Of a stretch of 64,000 nucleotides of DNA, positions 1 to 11,366 are shown piece after piece (the first letter of the stretch is position 1; each line of letters starts with the position of its first letter). Under the pieces are notes generated by a model, which saw only the letters and a list, made by a program, of their open reading frames with translations, was not told where the DNA came from and made no database searches. This DNA is from Pomacea canaliculata (taxonomy: Eukaryota), in contig NC_037595.1 in assembly GCF_003073045.1 (NCBI RefSeq), positions 8,572,345-8,636,344 on the forward strand. The letters are read 5' to 3'. The position numbers and the translations under genes were made by a program.

Positions 1-419
1 AGTAAACCTTATTAATAATTTTGTTTTCTTTGCTGAGGGGGATCAATTATCAATTTCAACAGATAATAAGAAAATACTTTATGTTTTGAAGTATACCTCC
101 CTCCCACATTCACACATCTAAAAGAACAATGGTAAAAGGACTATTGAACAACAATTACCAAATAAATAAACTCTCAGACAAAAGTGGTGGCAGCACTTGC
201 AGAAAGAATGTGGCAGATGGCGCTGCTCTTATGTAACTCACAACAGAGAAACTGACGGACTGACAGACTGATGTAACTTGTTTATCAAGGACCATGTCTG
301 ATGAAGCCGTTATTTCGGACAGATGATGTGAATGTCATGTTGGAGTCATTAGCCTTGACTTACTTGGGCGAACTAATGAGCGATGATCGATTTCCTCTCC
401 TCAAGCATCATGTCTTGTT

Positions 420-545
420 ATCTGTTGATACATGATTAACACTTATATTCCCAATTCCACAATCCTAAGGAATCAGCAACCTTCCATTTCAGATATATTT
501 ACATACAAATATCATCATACACAGAAGGAGGTCAACAACACTGAA
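420..545. repeat. ~125-bp dispersed repeat family; other copies at 2521-2640, 5161-5300 and 6301-6440
   Basis: Near-identical 'gatatatgattaacac.tatattcccaattccacaatcctaaggaatca.c..cccttccatttcagatatatttacatacaaatatcatcat.cacagaaggaggtcaacaac.ctgaa' at four positions inside the duplicated region. Confidence 0.7.
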
Positions 546-2923
546 GTCAGGGCTGTGATCCTGTTTCGCGGCCATACCTGAGATTGTCATTTTGATTTTT
601 GAAATTCATATACTACGGAGTGATTTTTAGGCCTTGGTGGTCCGCCATATTTTGTACTTAAGTAAAGTGGTCCGTGGTCCGAAATACTTTAGAACCATTG
701 GACTAGGCGTTGGACCGGTTTACTGTGCCTACCCGGACACGCAAACACGCAAAACACAAAACACGCAAAAAGACTTCTTACACTCCGTACCTGGTTGTGT
801 TGGTATCGATCAGTGAAGAAAGAATAGGTGAACAGCAACTAATTTATGTTATCCATACACGCATTCTGAAAACTTTCCTCACTCACTCTCTTTCGTTATT
901 CACGCTCTTTCATCTGTTTTTTTTTTAAATATCATTTTCTCGCTCTAGCTATAAACTTCATTTTTTTTAAATTATAAAATGCGAATGAAAAAAAATCCCC
1001 CCCCCCCAGGGTCCCATATATAATGCCTTATCCAACTTGGTTAAGTGGCGCGAACATCAAACAACTGCCACACACAAACTCATTACTAATTTCATTACTA
1101 ATAAAATGAAATATTAAGAAGGCTGCAAGAAATCTGCGTAACAGCATGTGAAGAAAGCCTAATGTCTGCACTGAGAGGACATTTTGTCCAAAACAACAGC
1201 AACCTTCTCATAACTCCAAGACACACTAACTGCATATACAGTAATCTAATGGCAACTGAAACCAATCCTACAGAAATAGTTCTGAGAGGAGATTCTCAGA
1301 TCTAGATTTTGAGAAGCCTTTCATGTATTTGTTAACTTGTGCTCTAATCCTTCTCTGATGAGCGTGGTATTCTGCATTGCATTTGGACATGGAATTAATA
1401 AATAAATATTATATTTACTTTAGAGTATATATATATATAAGTTAAATAAACGTTCTGTATTGTACGTACATATCGGTTCCCTGTGCGGGGATGTATCGTC
1501 GCTATCCGTCTGCAAATAATTTTAAAAAAGTCTTAATTAACGTGTCTAGGCATCCATATGAGTGTGGGTACATTAAATGAACTGAACCTGATCCTAAAGA
1601 AAAAATTTTGCACTTGGCTTGTACTTCAAACTGACCAGAAGCCAAGCTTTTTTTTATAAAAAATAAAGACATTATACATGTGCATATTTTAACCTACTAT
1701 TATAAGAACACCCATATAACACACCAATGATTTATGGAAGACAAGCAGAGTAGAAAATAAGACTACCAAATTAAAACTGTCACAAAGAAAGCAAAAAACA
1801 GAGATCCCTATCTCCACAGGCAGACAGTTGATGAGAGATTTCTTCAAATTAAAAAAGTATTAGATTTCATCCTTCTTTTGATTCTTTTTCCCCTCTTGGG
1901 GAGGGGAGGATCCCTACCCCCGGGAGATGGCTCATCTATGTTTATCTGCAAATAATTTAAAAAAGACTTAATTAATGTGTCTAGGAGGCGGGCGTGAATT
2001 CTCCTGCTCTGGTGACTGTAATGACTGCTCTTGGTAATTGTCTGCTGTTGTGAACGGAAGTGTTTCTCAACAGTATTTACACACAGGGTGTGTATTTTCG
2101 ATCAGTTCTAATTGCATGAAGTCCCTTTTGGGAATTATTGTTGTCCTCTGTTGACTGGAAGTGTTTTTGAACACTTCTTACGCATACAGCGTGTATTTCA
2201 AGCTCCAATTTCATGAGCTCCCTTTGTGGAAGCTTTTTAATTATGCTGGTTATCACCTGAAAAAACATTCATATAAAATGGCGATTCTTTTCGTCTTTTG
2301 AATACAAATTTAGGTACGTTCAAAATATATATATATACTGAATAAGAAAGCGATCCTGTTTCGCGGGCCTACCTCTAAATCTTACTGTAAGGATTTTTCT
2401 GGCGGCGCAGGTAGCTCTTCTCCTCCGGCCGAAGGAAGCTCTTCTCGTCCGGCCGAAGGTAGCCCTTCTCCTCCGCTATCACTTTGCCCGGCGGTTGCAG
2501 AACCACGTCGTTGTCGTTGTCGATATATGATTAACACTTATATTCCCAATTCCACAATCCTAAGGAATCAGCACCCTTCCATTTCAGATCTAGTTACATA
2601 CAAATATCATCATACACAGAAGGAGGTCAACAACACTGAAAGCATACGAAAACTTTTTTCAACTCTAGGAAAAAAAACAAACTATGTGTACCAAGCTACC
2701 TTCTAAATGGCATACAAAAGTAATGTCATACAGAGTTAACCTTTCCTATTGTAGAATCAAACTGCAATTTTTTTCAGCTGTTGTGCATTTTTAAATATCG
2801 TTGCATTTTCTTTTTATACCTTACAAGATTAATATTTTGTGATCCACTGTGTACATATTTCTTGCTTTGCTTCATTTAATAACATATCTATAATACCGAC
2901 AACTCTCGGAATTACATTTCCTC

Positions 2924-3257
2924 CTACCTCCTCGGCTTCTTTTCCTGTCTGCGCCTCCATGCTTTGCGGCGGTTTGCAAACCATCTCTGGAAGGAAGAAC
3001 CACAATGTTAATACGTGTCTCTGAAATCAGGGCTGTTTAGTTAACAACTAGTGGACTAGGCGTTGGACTGATTTACTGCGCCTTCCCGGACAGTGGTTTC
3101 TGGCAGTCCAGTCCTTCTTTCCAGCGCTTCGCGGTCAGCCACCCCGGGTAGCGATTTCTTCGGAATTCCCTTTCCAGGGTGCGCAGCTGGTCAGGCCGGA
3201 ATTGTATCCGTGGCCTTCGCACCCTCTGTGGCTGTACACGAGCGCTGTCGGTGGGTC
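2924..3257 (-). CDS. Type D paired-like homeobox gene (partial; no ATG in this exon). Exon 1 at 3082-3257, ~95-nt intron at 2987-3081 with a GC rather than GT donor, exon 2 at 2924-2986.
   Basis: Minus-strand translation gives '..PTDSARVQPQRVRRPRIQFRPDQLRTLEREFRRNRYPGWLTAKRWKEGLDCQKPLSGK' followed by 'RWFANRRKAWRRRQEKKPRR*'. These are the canonical PRD-like helix-1 motif 'QL..LE..F..NRYP' and the helix-3 motif 'WF.NRR.K.WR+R'. An acceptor 'gtgtgtcgcag|GACC' lies just upstream, so a 5' exon is expected. The helix 2-3 region is one residue longer than canonical. Confidence 0.55.
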
Positions 3258-5099
3258 CTGCGACACACGGGCAGACAAGGCGTCAGGATATGTGTAGATG
3301 AATAAGATGTAATAAGACGCCACTTAAAGAGGCTTGTTTATCCAATTTTTCTTTCTTGGGTCTCAGGAAGGGGAGATGAAGCTTTTTCGGCAGCTTGATA
3401 TTGAAGCACGGTTTGGTGGCATATTTGTTGTTCTGGCCTTAACGTCACAATTGTGAAGCTGTCCTGCCAGTCTCCACCCCCAAGTCCCTGACGCGCTTCT
3501 AGAGTTGGATAAATTTCTTGCGAGGACGCTAACATGTTTAGTTTGCTACTGTCATCTTGCACCAGTTGCATGTGATCACACCACGAACTCTACACACTTT
3601 CAGATTTTAGCGGTAAATCTTGGACAAGAATTACGAATGCTGAAAACATAGAAACAAATAGAAGAGTCAGATCTCTCAAGAAAAGCACTTACTAAACAAA
3701 AGATGATGAAACATTTATTGACAACTCACACTTATAGTCTTTAGGTAAAGAAACAATACAAATAAAACAGAAAAAATGCAAAATAAGTCAGGGAAGACGT
3801 TTACACAAAAGATGGTTATTGATGCACATGTTTAAGTACTCACGTGGTTCTGGTTCCGCCTGCTCTCGCCGGAAAAGCTAGGACATTTGAGCATGCGTAC
3901 GCGATCGAACCAGAGCTGTTGCTCCGGTCCAAATCGAACGGATTCTGAAATGATACAAGTAGTGTAACTCCATAACTTCATTTTTCTGTTGTCTCCTCAT
4001 ATTACGTTAGCTTTTCTAGTTTAAACAACTAAAAACACAAACAAACAAAATTATTACTTATGCTTAGAATATCATTTTAGGGACAATTAAATGTTAATTC
4101 TGTGACAAGTCCTTTTGAAAGGGAATAAATCGTATCTCCACACTGAAGTGAAGCATTCCGGTCCTCCCACTTATGTTCCGAATTCGAGTTAAAAACGATA
4201 ATTATTAATTCAAACTCTAAAGACTGAGGTTTTTTAAATCTATCGTCATAAGAGATATTAGCATATGAAAATGTAGTAAGGGTTCCACCGCAGTGAAATG
4301 TACTTTTACTCACATATTCAGAAATGGCATTTTTATCCTGGCTTCAATCTTTCCACTCTTCCAGCTACAAGGCTCTCTGGGCAATGTACAGTAATCGTTA
4401 TACTTCATTTTTACGTCATTCATACAGGCAGTGCAGTTTATTCGTAATTTGATTGCATTGACATATATCATATCAAGCGGCAGATGCATTTGACAATATT
4501 CTGGAACATTTTTTCCATACAACTAGTCCATATCTCTCTGACCTCAGACATACAGGTTTTCGAGAAACCTTAGCCAGATTTAGACGAATCTTGTGTCATA
4601 AATTTAGGTACTTTAAACAGCAGTTCTCTATGCAATTTGTTATATTACTGTGATGAGATCTACTGGGAACCAGCTGTACCTGTCTTCTGGGGAGGGGCCG
4701 TTGGCTCTCTCGGATGAGAAGCATTGAATTTCTTTAAAAACTCGTAGCATACATTATGTAGCTTCATGTGGATATCCAATAAAATCTCCTCAGGTAAAAC
4801 TTCAGTGATAGATCTAAGAAGTCTGAAGAAATGCCTGTTTTCTTTCTTTTTCTTTATCCAATTCCTCCCCCCTCCCTTGGGTAGGGAAAGACCACTCCCC
4901 CCTATCACAGGGGGTAATGTACATATTAGTGCACTCCCATCCATCCCTGTGTACAATATCTCCCACACACACGTGTTATCAATTTAATTAATTCACTGTC
5001 CTTAATAGTATCTTTACAAATCGAGCTAATCTGCTTTTCATAGCTTACAAGAGTGATGCAGCTCAATGTCTTTTTAGATTCCAATAACGCTTCGTTGCG

Positions 5100-5142
5100 A
5101 ACCAGCGCTGGAAAGGAAGAACCACAATGTTAATACGGTCTC
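5100..5142 (-). pseudogene. Degenerate homeobox exon-2 fragment ('RWFATKRYWNLKRH*') with a truncated intron element
   Basis: Minus strand shows 'ttcctttccag|CGCTGGTTCGCAACGAAGCGTTATTGG...TGA'. This is homologous to the type C exon 2. Homeodomain N51 is replaced by T/K. Confidence 0.4.
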
Positions 5143-5979
5143 CTTGTAGTGCTGTAATAATAACGTCGCAGCCGTTTTCGATATATGATTAACACATATA
5201 TTCCCAATTCCACAATCCTAAGGAATCACCACCCTTCCATTTCAGATATATTTACATACAAATATCATCATGCACAGAAGGAGGTCAACAACGCTGAAAG
5301 CATACGAAAACTTTTTTTGAACACTAGGAAAAAAAATTATGTGTACCAAGGTACCTTCTAAATGTTATACAAAAGTATGGAAGTCTGGAAGGTAGAACCA
5401 GAATATTAATACGTGTCTCTGAAGTCAGGGCTGTTTAATTAACAACTAGTGGTCTAGGCATTATAACTGTTTACTGTGCCTACCTCGACTTGTTTTTGAG
5501 ATAGTCGGGTTCTTCCTGCGAGGGTTTGTCTGCTTGATACTGGAGGAAATTTGCATTTTTTGAAGTAATCCTCCAATATCTTTTTTTGCCACCTCTTGAT
5601 ATTTCTTCGCCGGGGCCTCCGTCTGGCCGGTGGTTCTGTGATATGAAGGTGCAGCCAAGGCTTCAGGATGTTTGTAACGTTTTAGGAAGAGTGTGTTAAA
5701 TGTGTATGCGAGCGTGTGTGAACATCTACATGTCAACCACGCTCACCGCACTCTTTCACCTTTCACCTCTCGCGGACACATACACGCACACAGTTTTCTT
5801 ATTATTATGTCATTCATATAAAATGGCGATTCTTTTCGTCTTTTGAATACAAATTTACGTACATTCAAAAGAAAAAAAATATAGTGAATACGAAAGCGAT
5901 CCTGTTTCGCGTCCCTACCTGACAGAGTTATTTGGATCTTTTTGGCTTTTCCTCTTTTTTGAGGACGGGCGTCAGCAGC

Positions 5980-6030
5980 TGGCCTCTTCACTAACCGCAT
6001 TTTTCTGCGGCGGTTTGAGAACAACGTCTG
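5980..6030 (-). pseudogene. Degenerate homeobox exon-2 fragment ('TLFSNRRRKMRLVKRP..', W48L)
   Basis: Minus strand shows 'ccttccag|ACGTTGTTCTCAAACCGCCGCAGAAAAATGCGG'. A helix-3-like NRRRK motif is retained but the Trp is lost. Confidence 0.35.
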
Positions 6031-6159
6031 GAAGGTATAACCACAAAGTTAATACGTGTCTCTTTGAGTCATTCGCTTTTGTAAAATTCTTTGAGCTCGC
6101 TATCGTGTGAGAAAATACATTTGTAGTGCTATAATAATAATGATAAAAATAGTCGTCGT

Positions 6160-8640
6160 CGTCGCCGCCGCCGTTGTCGATATATGGCCTACCTCTCAAT
6201 CTTACTGTAAGGATTTTTCTGGCGGCGTAGGTAACCCTTCTCCGGCCGAAGGTAGCTCTTCTCCTCCGCCATCACTTTGCCCGGCGGTTGCAGAACCACG
6301 TCGTTGTCGTTGTCGATATATGATTAACACATATATTCCCAATTCCACAATCCTAAGGAATCACCACCCTTCCATTTCAGATATATTTACATACAAATAT
6401 CATCATGCACAGAAGGAGGTCAACAACGCTGAAAGCATACGAAAACTTTTTTTGAACTCTAGGAAAAAAAATTATGTGTACCAAGGTAACTTCTAAATGG
6501 CATACAAAAGTAATGTCATACAGAGTTAAGCTTTCCTATTGTAGAATCAAACTGCAATGTTTTTAAGCTGTTGTGCATTTTTAAATATTGTTACATTTTC
6601 TTTTTATACCTTACAAGATTAATATTTTGTGATCCACTCAGTACTTGTACATATTTCTTGCTTTGCTTAATTTAATAACATATCTATAATACCGACAACT
6701 CTCGGAATTACATTTCCTCTGACCTCATCGTCCTCGAGGTCATTCATTGTTGTCTGCACCGCCTTTGGGCCCTGCTGTTTCAAACCATCTTTCAATGTGA
6801 CGCCTGGACAGGCCTGTACGTCGTGCAAGTGTTGCTCTGGTTGAACGTCGGGGAAATTTCGTCTGCTAGAATTGGTCTTCCAAAATTCTCCTTTGCCATG
6901 GTTGTATTCTTCTTATTATTATTATTGATCTTCTTCCGGCTGGTGGTTCTGCGAAATGAAGGGCAGACAAGGCTTCAGGATGTGTGTGTCGATGAATAAG
7001 ATGTAATAAGACGCCACTTAAAGAGGCTTGTTTATCCAATTTTTCTTTCTTGGGTCTCCAGGAAGGGGAGATGAAGCTTTTTCGGCAGCTTGATATTGAA
7101 GGACGGTTTGCTGGCATATTTTATGTACTTGCAGATGGAGATCTTGAAGAATCTCCACTGGAAGTGTTGAAGTCAGACTTTAGCGGTAAATCTTGGACAA
7201 GAATTACGAATGCTGAAAACATAGAAACAAACAAAAGAGTCAGATCTCTCAAGAAAAGCACTTACAAAACAAAAGATGATGAAACATTTATTGACAACTC
7301 ACACTTATAGTCTTTAGGTCAAGAAACAATACAAATAAAACAGAAAAAATGGAAAAATAAGTAAGGGAATACGTTTACACAAAAGATGGTGATTGATGCA
7401 CACAACTCGATCACTCACTCCAGAGCCTGTTAAAGTACTCACGTGTTTCTGGATGGGCCAATGGCTGAAGTAGTAGTATTTTTAAGCAGAGTAACGCTTC
7501 ACTGTCTCATAGACGCTAAAAATTAGCTAAAATATTAGCTGAGACAGAATTGCACACTAAATTGTGACGAAACGAGGCGGTGTAATTCAAACTCTGAAGA
7601 CTGATGTTTTTTAAATCTATCGTCATAAGAGATATTAGCATATGAACATGTAGTAGGAGTTCGCTCTCACTTTCCACTTACGCCGCAGTGAAATGTACTT
7701 TTACTCACGAATTATTATTTGGTATTGCTGTGGGAGCTTTTTCGGCCTGCCTGCCTGCCTCCAGATATCGTCCTCACGGTACCTCGCTCTTTGTTACGTC
7801 ATTCATACACGCATTCTGAAAACGTTGGTCACTTACACTCTTCCGTCATTCACGCTCTTTCATCCTTGCACGCGCGCTCATTCCTTCCACGATATAAAAA
7901 TGTTAGAGGGCATTTTATTCGTAATTTGATTGCATTGACATATATCATATCAAGCGGCAGATGTATTTGACAATATTCTGGAACATTTTTTCCATACAAC
8001 TAGTCCATATCTCTCTGACCTCAGACATACAGGTTTTCGAGAAACCTTAGCCAGATTTAGACGAATCTTGTGTCATAAATTTAGGTACTTTAAACAGCAG
8101 TTCTCTATGCAATTTGTTATATTACTGTGATGAGATCTACTGGGAACCAGCTGTACCTGTCTTCTTGGGAGGGGCCGTTGGCTCTCTCGGATGAGAAGCA
8201 TTGAATTTCTTTAAAAACTCGTAGCATACATTATGTAGCTTCATGTGGATATCCAATAAAATCTCCTCAGGTAAAAACTTCAGTGATAGATCTAAGAAGT
8301 CTGAAGAAATGCCTGTTTTCTTTCTTTTTCTTATCCAATTCCTCCCCCTCCCTTGGGTAGGGAAGACCACTCCCCCTATCACAGGGGGTAATGTACATAT
8401 TAGTGCACTCCCATCCATCCCTGTGTACAATATCTCCCACACACACGTGTTATCAATTTAATTAATTCACTGTCCTTAGTAGTATCTTTATAAATCGAGC
8501 TAATCTGCTTTTCATAGCTTACAAGAGTGATGCAGCTCAATGTCCTTTTCGTTCCCAATAGCGCCTGGTTGAGAACCAGCGCTGGAAAAGAAGAACCACA
8601 ATGTTAAAATACGTGTCTCTGAAGTCAAGACTGTTTAGTT
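6160..8640. repeat. Copy 2 of the ~3.6 kb tandem segmental duplication
   Basis: Same blocks as copy 1. Copy 2 carries the intronless homeobox version (see 6795-6960). Confidence 0.75.
6795..6960 (-). pseudogene. Intronless, frame-disrupted paralogue of the type D/B homeobox (degenerate homeodomain)
   Basis: The minus strand reads '..IQPWQRRILEDQF*' and then, in a shifted frame, 'RRNFPDVQPEQHLHDVQACPGVTLKDGLKQQGPK', continuing straight into the exon-2 homologue (AGATGGTTTG...). The ~95-bp intron present in the paralogue at 2987-3081 is absent here. The WF/N51 positions are degenerate. Confidence 0.5.
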
Positions 8641-9248
8641 AACTAGTGGACTAGACACCGGACCTGTTTACCAGGGTTGTCCCTGGGACATATTTTTCTA
8701 TCCCATCCCATCCCATGGCAATTTATGCCTGTCCCATCCCATCCCATCCCATGGGACGTTTCCCATAGTAATAACATTCATATGGACAACACTGCGCATT
8801 GCACACATGTTAACAAAGTCATGGCATAATGAAACTGGAATAAAAAAAGTATTTTTCCTGTGCTTAAAAAGTCTGACAATGCAAATTTCAGCGTAAATTT
8901 ATTTTACAATATCAAGTATCGACTACCATGGGAAATACAAATGTGTGCTGTCCCATCTCATCCCATCCCATGGGACGTTTCCCATGGGATTCCCATGGGA
9001 TTCCCATTCCTATGGACAACACTGCTGTTTACTGTGCCTACCTTTATCCATGGTTGGGTTAGCTTCGTTCTTGTAGACAATAATCTCAGGTCACTGGAAG
9101 TGACGTAGTTACGCTTCTCAAAACTTTTTTCTAGCATCAACTTTTTCCAATCTTTCGGGTTTTTTCTCCTGTGTCGCTGAGGTGTAGGCTGCTGCTGAGG
9201 CTGCTGCTGCTGAGGCTGAGGCTGCTGAGGCTGATTCTCAGGCTGATT
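8537..9248 (-). CDS. Type C divergent homeobox gene. Exon 1 at 9042-9248 is Q-rich; 460-nt intron with an ATCCC pentamer microsatellite; exon 2 at 8537-8581.
   Basis: Acceptor 'tttttctcag|AATCAGCC'. Exon 1 reads 'NQPENQPQQPQPQQQQPQQQPTPQRHRRKNPKDWKKLMLEKSFEKRNYVTSSDLRLLSTRTKLTQPWIK' and ends at donor AAG|GTAGGC. Exon 2 reads 'RWFSTRRYWERKGH*'. Homeodomain positions L16, F20, Y25, L40, I45, W48, F49 and R53 are kept, but position 50 is S and position 51 is T (normally N). Confidence 0.45.
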
Positions 9249-9250
9249 CT
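9042..9250 (-). repeat. CAG/CTG-rich coding microsatellite (polyQ/Pro tract) in type C exon 1
   Basis: Positions 9181-9250 are 'gctgaggctgctgctgctgaggctgaggctgctgaggctgattctcaggctgattctgag', which encodes (Q/P)n on the minus strand. Confidence 0.6.
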
Positions 9251-9317
9251 GAGAAAAAATCAAAATATAACAACTAATCATCAATAAAGCATAGTCACCA
9301 CAAACCAATTCACCTCA

Positions 9318-9346
9318 AAAAAAAAAAAAAAAAAAAAAAAAAATTG
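9318..9346 (+). repeat. Poly(A) run of 29 nt following AATAAA; shorter A-runs at 10582-10595, 12909-12923 and 15236-15258
   Basis: Direct reading. It recurs at every unit boundary. Confidence 0.9.
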
Positions 9347-9576
9347 CGTGTTGCTAAGACTACTCTACATAATCGGGCATTGTCTGTTCACACGTACAAC
9401 CATCTCCTCGAGATAAAAATGTGCGTTTTACACAGCCTGTCCAACAATCTGTTTCATGCAGCAGTAAAGGCCCTTTTTTTTTCACACCTGCCTAGTCACA
9501 GAGGCTCTGACACTTTAGCCGTGCCGGTTTATATTCTTCTCTTTTAGCTGTTGGTCACGGTGCCTTGCTTCGTATG

Positions 9577-10070
9577 CTACTTTGGGAATTCTGATCCGTA
9601 TAGGAGGGTGCTGATGACAGTTGACTGGAAGATTCTCAGCTTGATCTTCTTACTGATGTTTGTTGCCTTCCATGTGCTCCTGAGTGAGGCACGTCTGTTG
9701 GCGAACCACCTCTGGAAAGGAAGAACCAAAATGTTAAAACGTGTCTCTGAAGTCAAGACTGTTTAGTTAACAACTAGGACTAGACACTGAACCTGTTTAC
9801 TGTACCTACCCTAATAAAATCTTTTTCAAATGAGTGTTTCGTGATAGGTCTGCGAGGACTTTTGGTGTTACATACTGATTTTTCTTAAATTCTTTCTTCA
9901 GCCATCGTCGAAGAGTTCGTCTTGGTTGTCGTCTTTGCGGTCTGTTCTGTTGTGGTCTAATTAATTGTCGCTGCTGTCTCTCTATTTCTGGCTGTTGATG
10001 CTGGTGTCCAACAAGCCACCTCACGCCTGCTCTTAATGCGTCGTACAATGCCCGAAGGCAAAATTTCATC
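9577..10070 (-). pseudogene. Type A homeobox copy, frameshifted. Exon 2 at 9577-9711, intron, exon 1 at 9806-10070.
   Basis: Exon 1 reads 'MKFCLRALYDALRAGVRWLVGHQHQQPEIERQQRQLIRPQQNRPQRRQPRRTLRRWLKKEFKKNQYVTPKVLADLSRNTHLKKILLG*'. Relative to the intact copies it has a 3-residue deletion in helix 1 and a 1-nt deletion that places a TAG at the donor. Confidence 0.6.
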
Positions 10071-10195
10071 CTGAAATGATAAAGCAGAATGAGTGAGTCA
10101 GTGAGCTGGTGTACGGAAAATTTTAGTTTTTACACGTTTATTTTGTGTAATTCTTCAATGGGTTAGACTCGTACAAATTAAAAAAAAATGTTCAA

Positions 10196-10595
10196 AATCA
10201 AAAAAATCAAATCAAAACCAACTTTATTGTCTGTCGAGGATACCCAGGACAGAAATTTATCTTCGCTCACAAGGGCAGGCATACATATACAGACATTTAA
10301 GACACAGCAGTAAAAACTAGAAGTGCATCTACTTACCTCTAGTTAACTAAGTAACTAAACACAGTAAACACACTACACCTTAAAAAAGATAAAATGTAGA
10401 AATACATTTTCTACATCACCCTTCCTCCGGGGGAAAAATTGTGCCTGCTAAGGCACAATAAATACAAATCCATCCGATAGCCAAAACGATTAGTACACAT
10501 GCCCAAATGTATAGCACAGCCAAAAATCAAAATATAACAACTAATCATCAATAAAGCATAGTCACCACAAACCAATTCACCTCAAAAAAAAAAAA
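10196..10595 (+). mobile_element. SINE-like, poly(A)-terminated ~400-bp module. It is present in every array unit (also at 12518-12923 and 14858-15258; partial at 11490-11770, 13846-14100 and 16125-16205).
   Basis: The 5' ~100 bp is 'ATCAAATCAAAAC.AACTTTATTGTCTGTCGAGGATACCCAGGACAGAAATTTGTCTTCGCTCACAAGGGCAGGCATACATATACAG', which also occurs at 29372-29470. It is followed by two hairpins and then 'AATAAAGCATAGTCACCACAAACCAATTCACCTC' plus A(10-29). I see no clear tRNA-type A/B boxes. Confidence 0.45.
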
Positions 10596-10872
10596 TAAAT
10601 AATAATGTGTTGCTAAGACTACTCTACATAATCGGGCATTGTCTGTTCACACGTACAACCATCTCCTCGAGATAAAAATGTGCGTTTTACACAGCCTGTC
10701 CAACAATCTGTTTCATGCAGCAGTAAAGGCCCTTTTTTTTCACACCTGCCTAGTCACAGAGGCTCTGACACTTTAGCCGTGCCGGTTTATAATCTTCTCT
10801 TTTTGCTGTTGGTCACGTGCCGGTTTATATTCTTCTCTTTTTGCTGTTGGTCACGGTGCCTTGCTTCGTATG

Positions 10873-11366
10873 CTACTTTGGGAATTCTGATCCGTAAAGG
10901 AGGGTGCTGATGACAGTTGACTGGAAGATTCTCAGCTTGATCTTCTTACTGATGTTTGTTGCCTTCCATGTGCTCCTGAGTGAGGCACGTCTGTTGGCGA
11001 ACCACCTCTGGAAAGGAAGAACCAAAATGTTAAAACGTGTCTCTGAAGTCAAGACTGTTTAGTTAACAACTAGGACTAGACACTGAACCTGTTTACTGTA
11101 CCTACCCTAATAAAATCTTTTTCAAATGAGTGTTTCGTGATAGGTCTGCGAGGACTTTTGGTGTTACATAGTGATTTTTCTTAAATTCTTTCTTCAGCCA
11201 TCGTCGAAGAGTTCGTCTTGGTTGTCGTCTTTGCGGTCTGTTCTGTTGTGGTCTAATTAATTGTCGCTGCTGTCTCTCTATTTCTGGCTGTTGATGCTGG
11301 TGTCCAACAAGCCACCTCACGCCTGCTTTTAATGTGTCGTACACTGCCCGAAGGCAAAATTCCATC
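10873..11366 (-). pseudogene. Type A homeobox copy carrying the same frameshift and deletion as the 9577-10070 copy
   Basis: Exon 1 at 11102-11366 reads 'MEFCLRAVYDTLKAGVRWLVGHQHQQ...HLKKILLG*'. Exon 2 at 10873-11007. The two copies share their lesions. Confidence 0.6.

Larger units (their letters stand above)
2340..5150. repeat. Copy 1 of a ~3.6 kb tandem segmental duplication; paralogous copy at 6160-8640
   Basis: Long collinear blocks recur at variable offset (3380-3820 bp) because of indels. Examples: 2391-2540 matches 6209-6330, 3296-3420 matches 6990-7110, 4210-4320 matches 7590-7700, 4438-4990 matches 7918-8470. Aligned by eye only. Confidence 0.75.

Noticed and set aside
3880-3960. 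tRNA-like strings ('tcgaaccagagc', 'atcgaacggattc')
   Set aside because: There is no cloverleaf-compatible acceptor stem or anticodon arm, and the A/B box spacing is wrong.
4660-4968. 102-aa minus ORF with a near-identical paralogue at 8137-8442
   Set aside because: It lies downstream of the homeobox stop codons in both duplicated blocks, contains a homopolymer/low-complexity core (KKKKENR, GGG) and has no recognisable domain. Its conservation is explained by the recent segmental duplication rather than by selection.
6107-6496. 129-aa plus-strand ORF
   Set aside because: It spans two different repeat families and a GTC/GCC microsatellite (VVVVAAAVV) and has no homology or splice context. 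It is a chance ORF in duplicated sequence.
7050-7310. 86-aa plus ORF ('MGLQEGEMKLFRQLDIEGRFAG...'), paralogue at 3360-3720
   Set aside because: The paralogous copy in the other duplicated block is interrupted by stops. There is no domain similarity. It is probably non-coding sequence carried by the duplication.
9551-9766. Plus-strand ORFs of 70-80 aa recurring in every array unit (also 10680-10910, 13006-13236, 13143-13388, 15292-15525)
   Set aside because: They are the antisense reading of homeobox exon 2 and its 3' flank. They are low-complexity (FLLLV, CFVCYF) with no splice signals. Their periodicity only reflects the tandem repeat.
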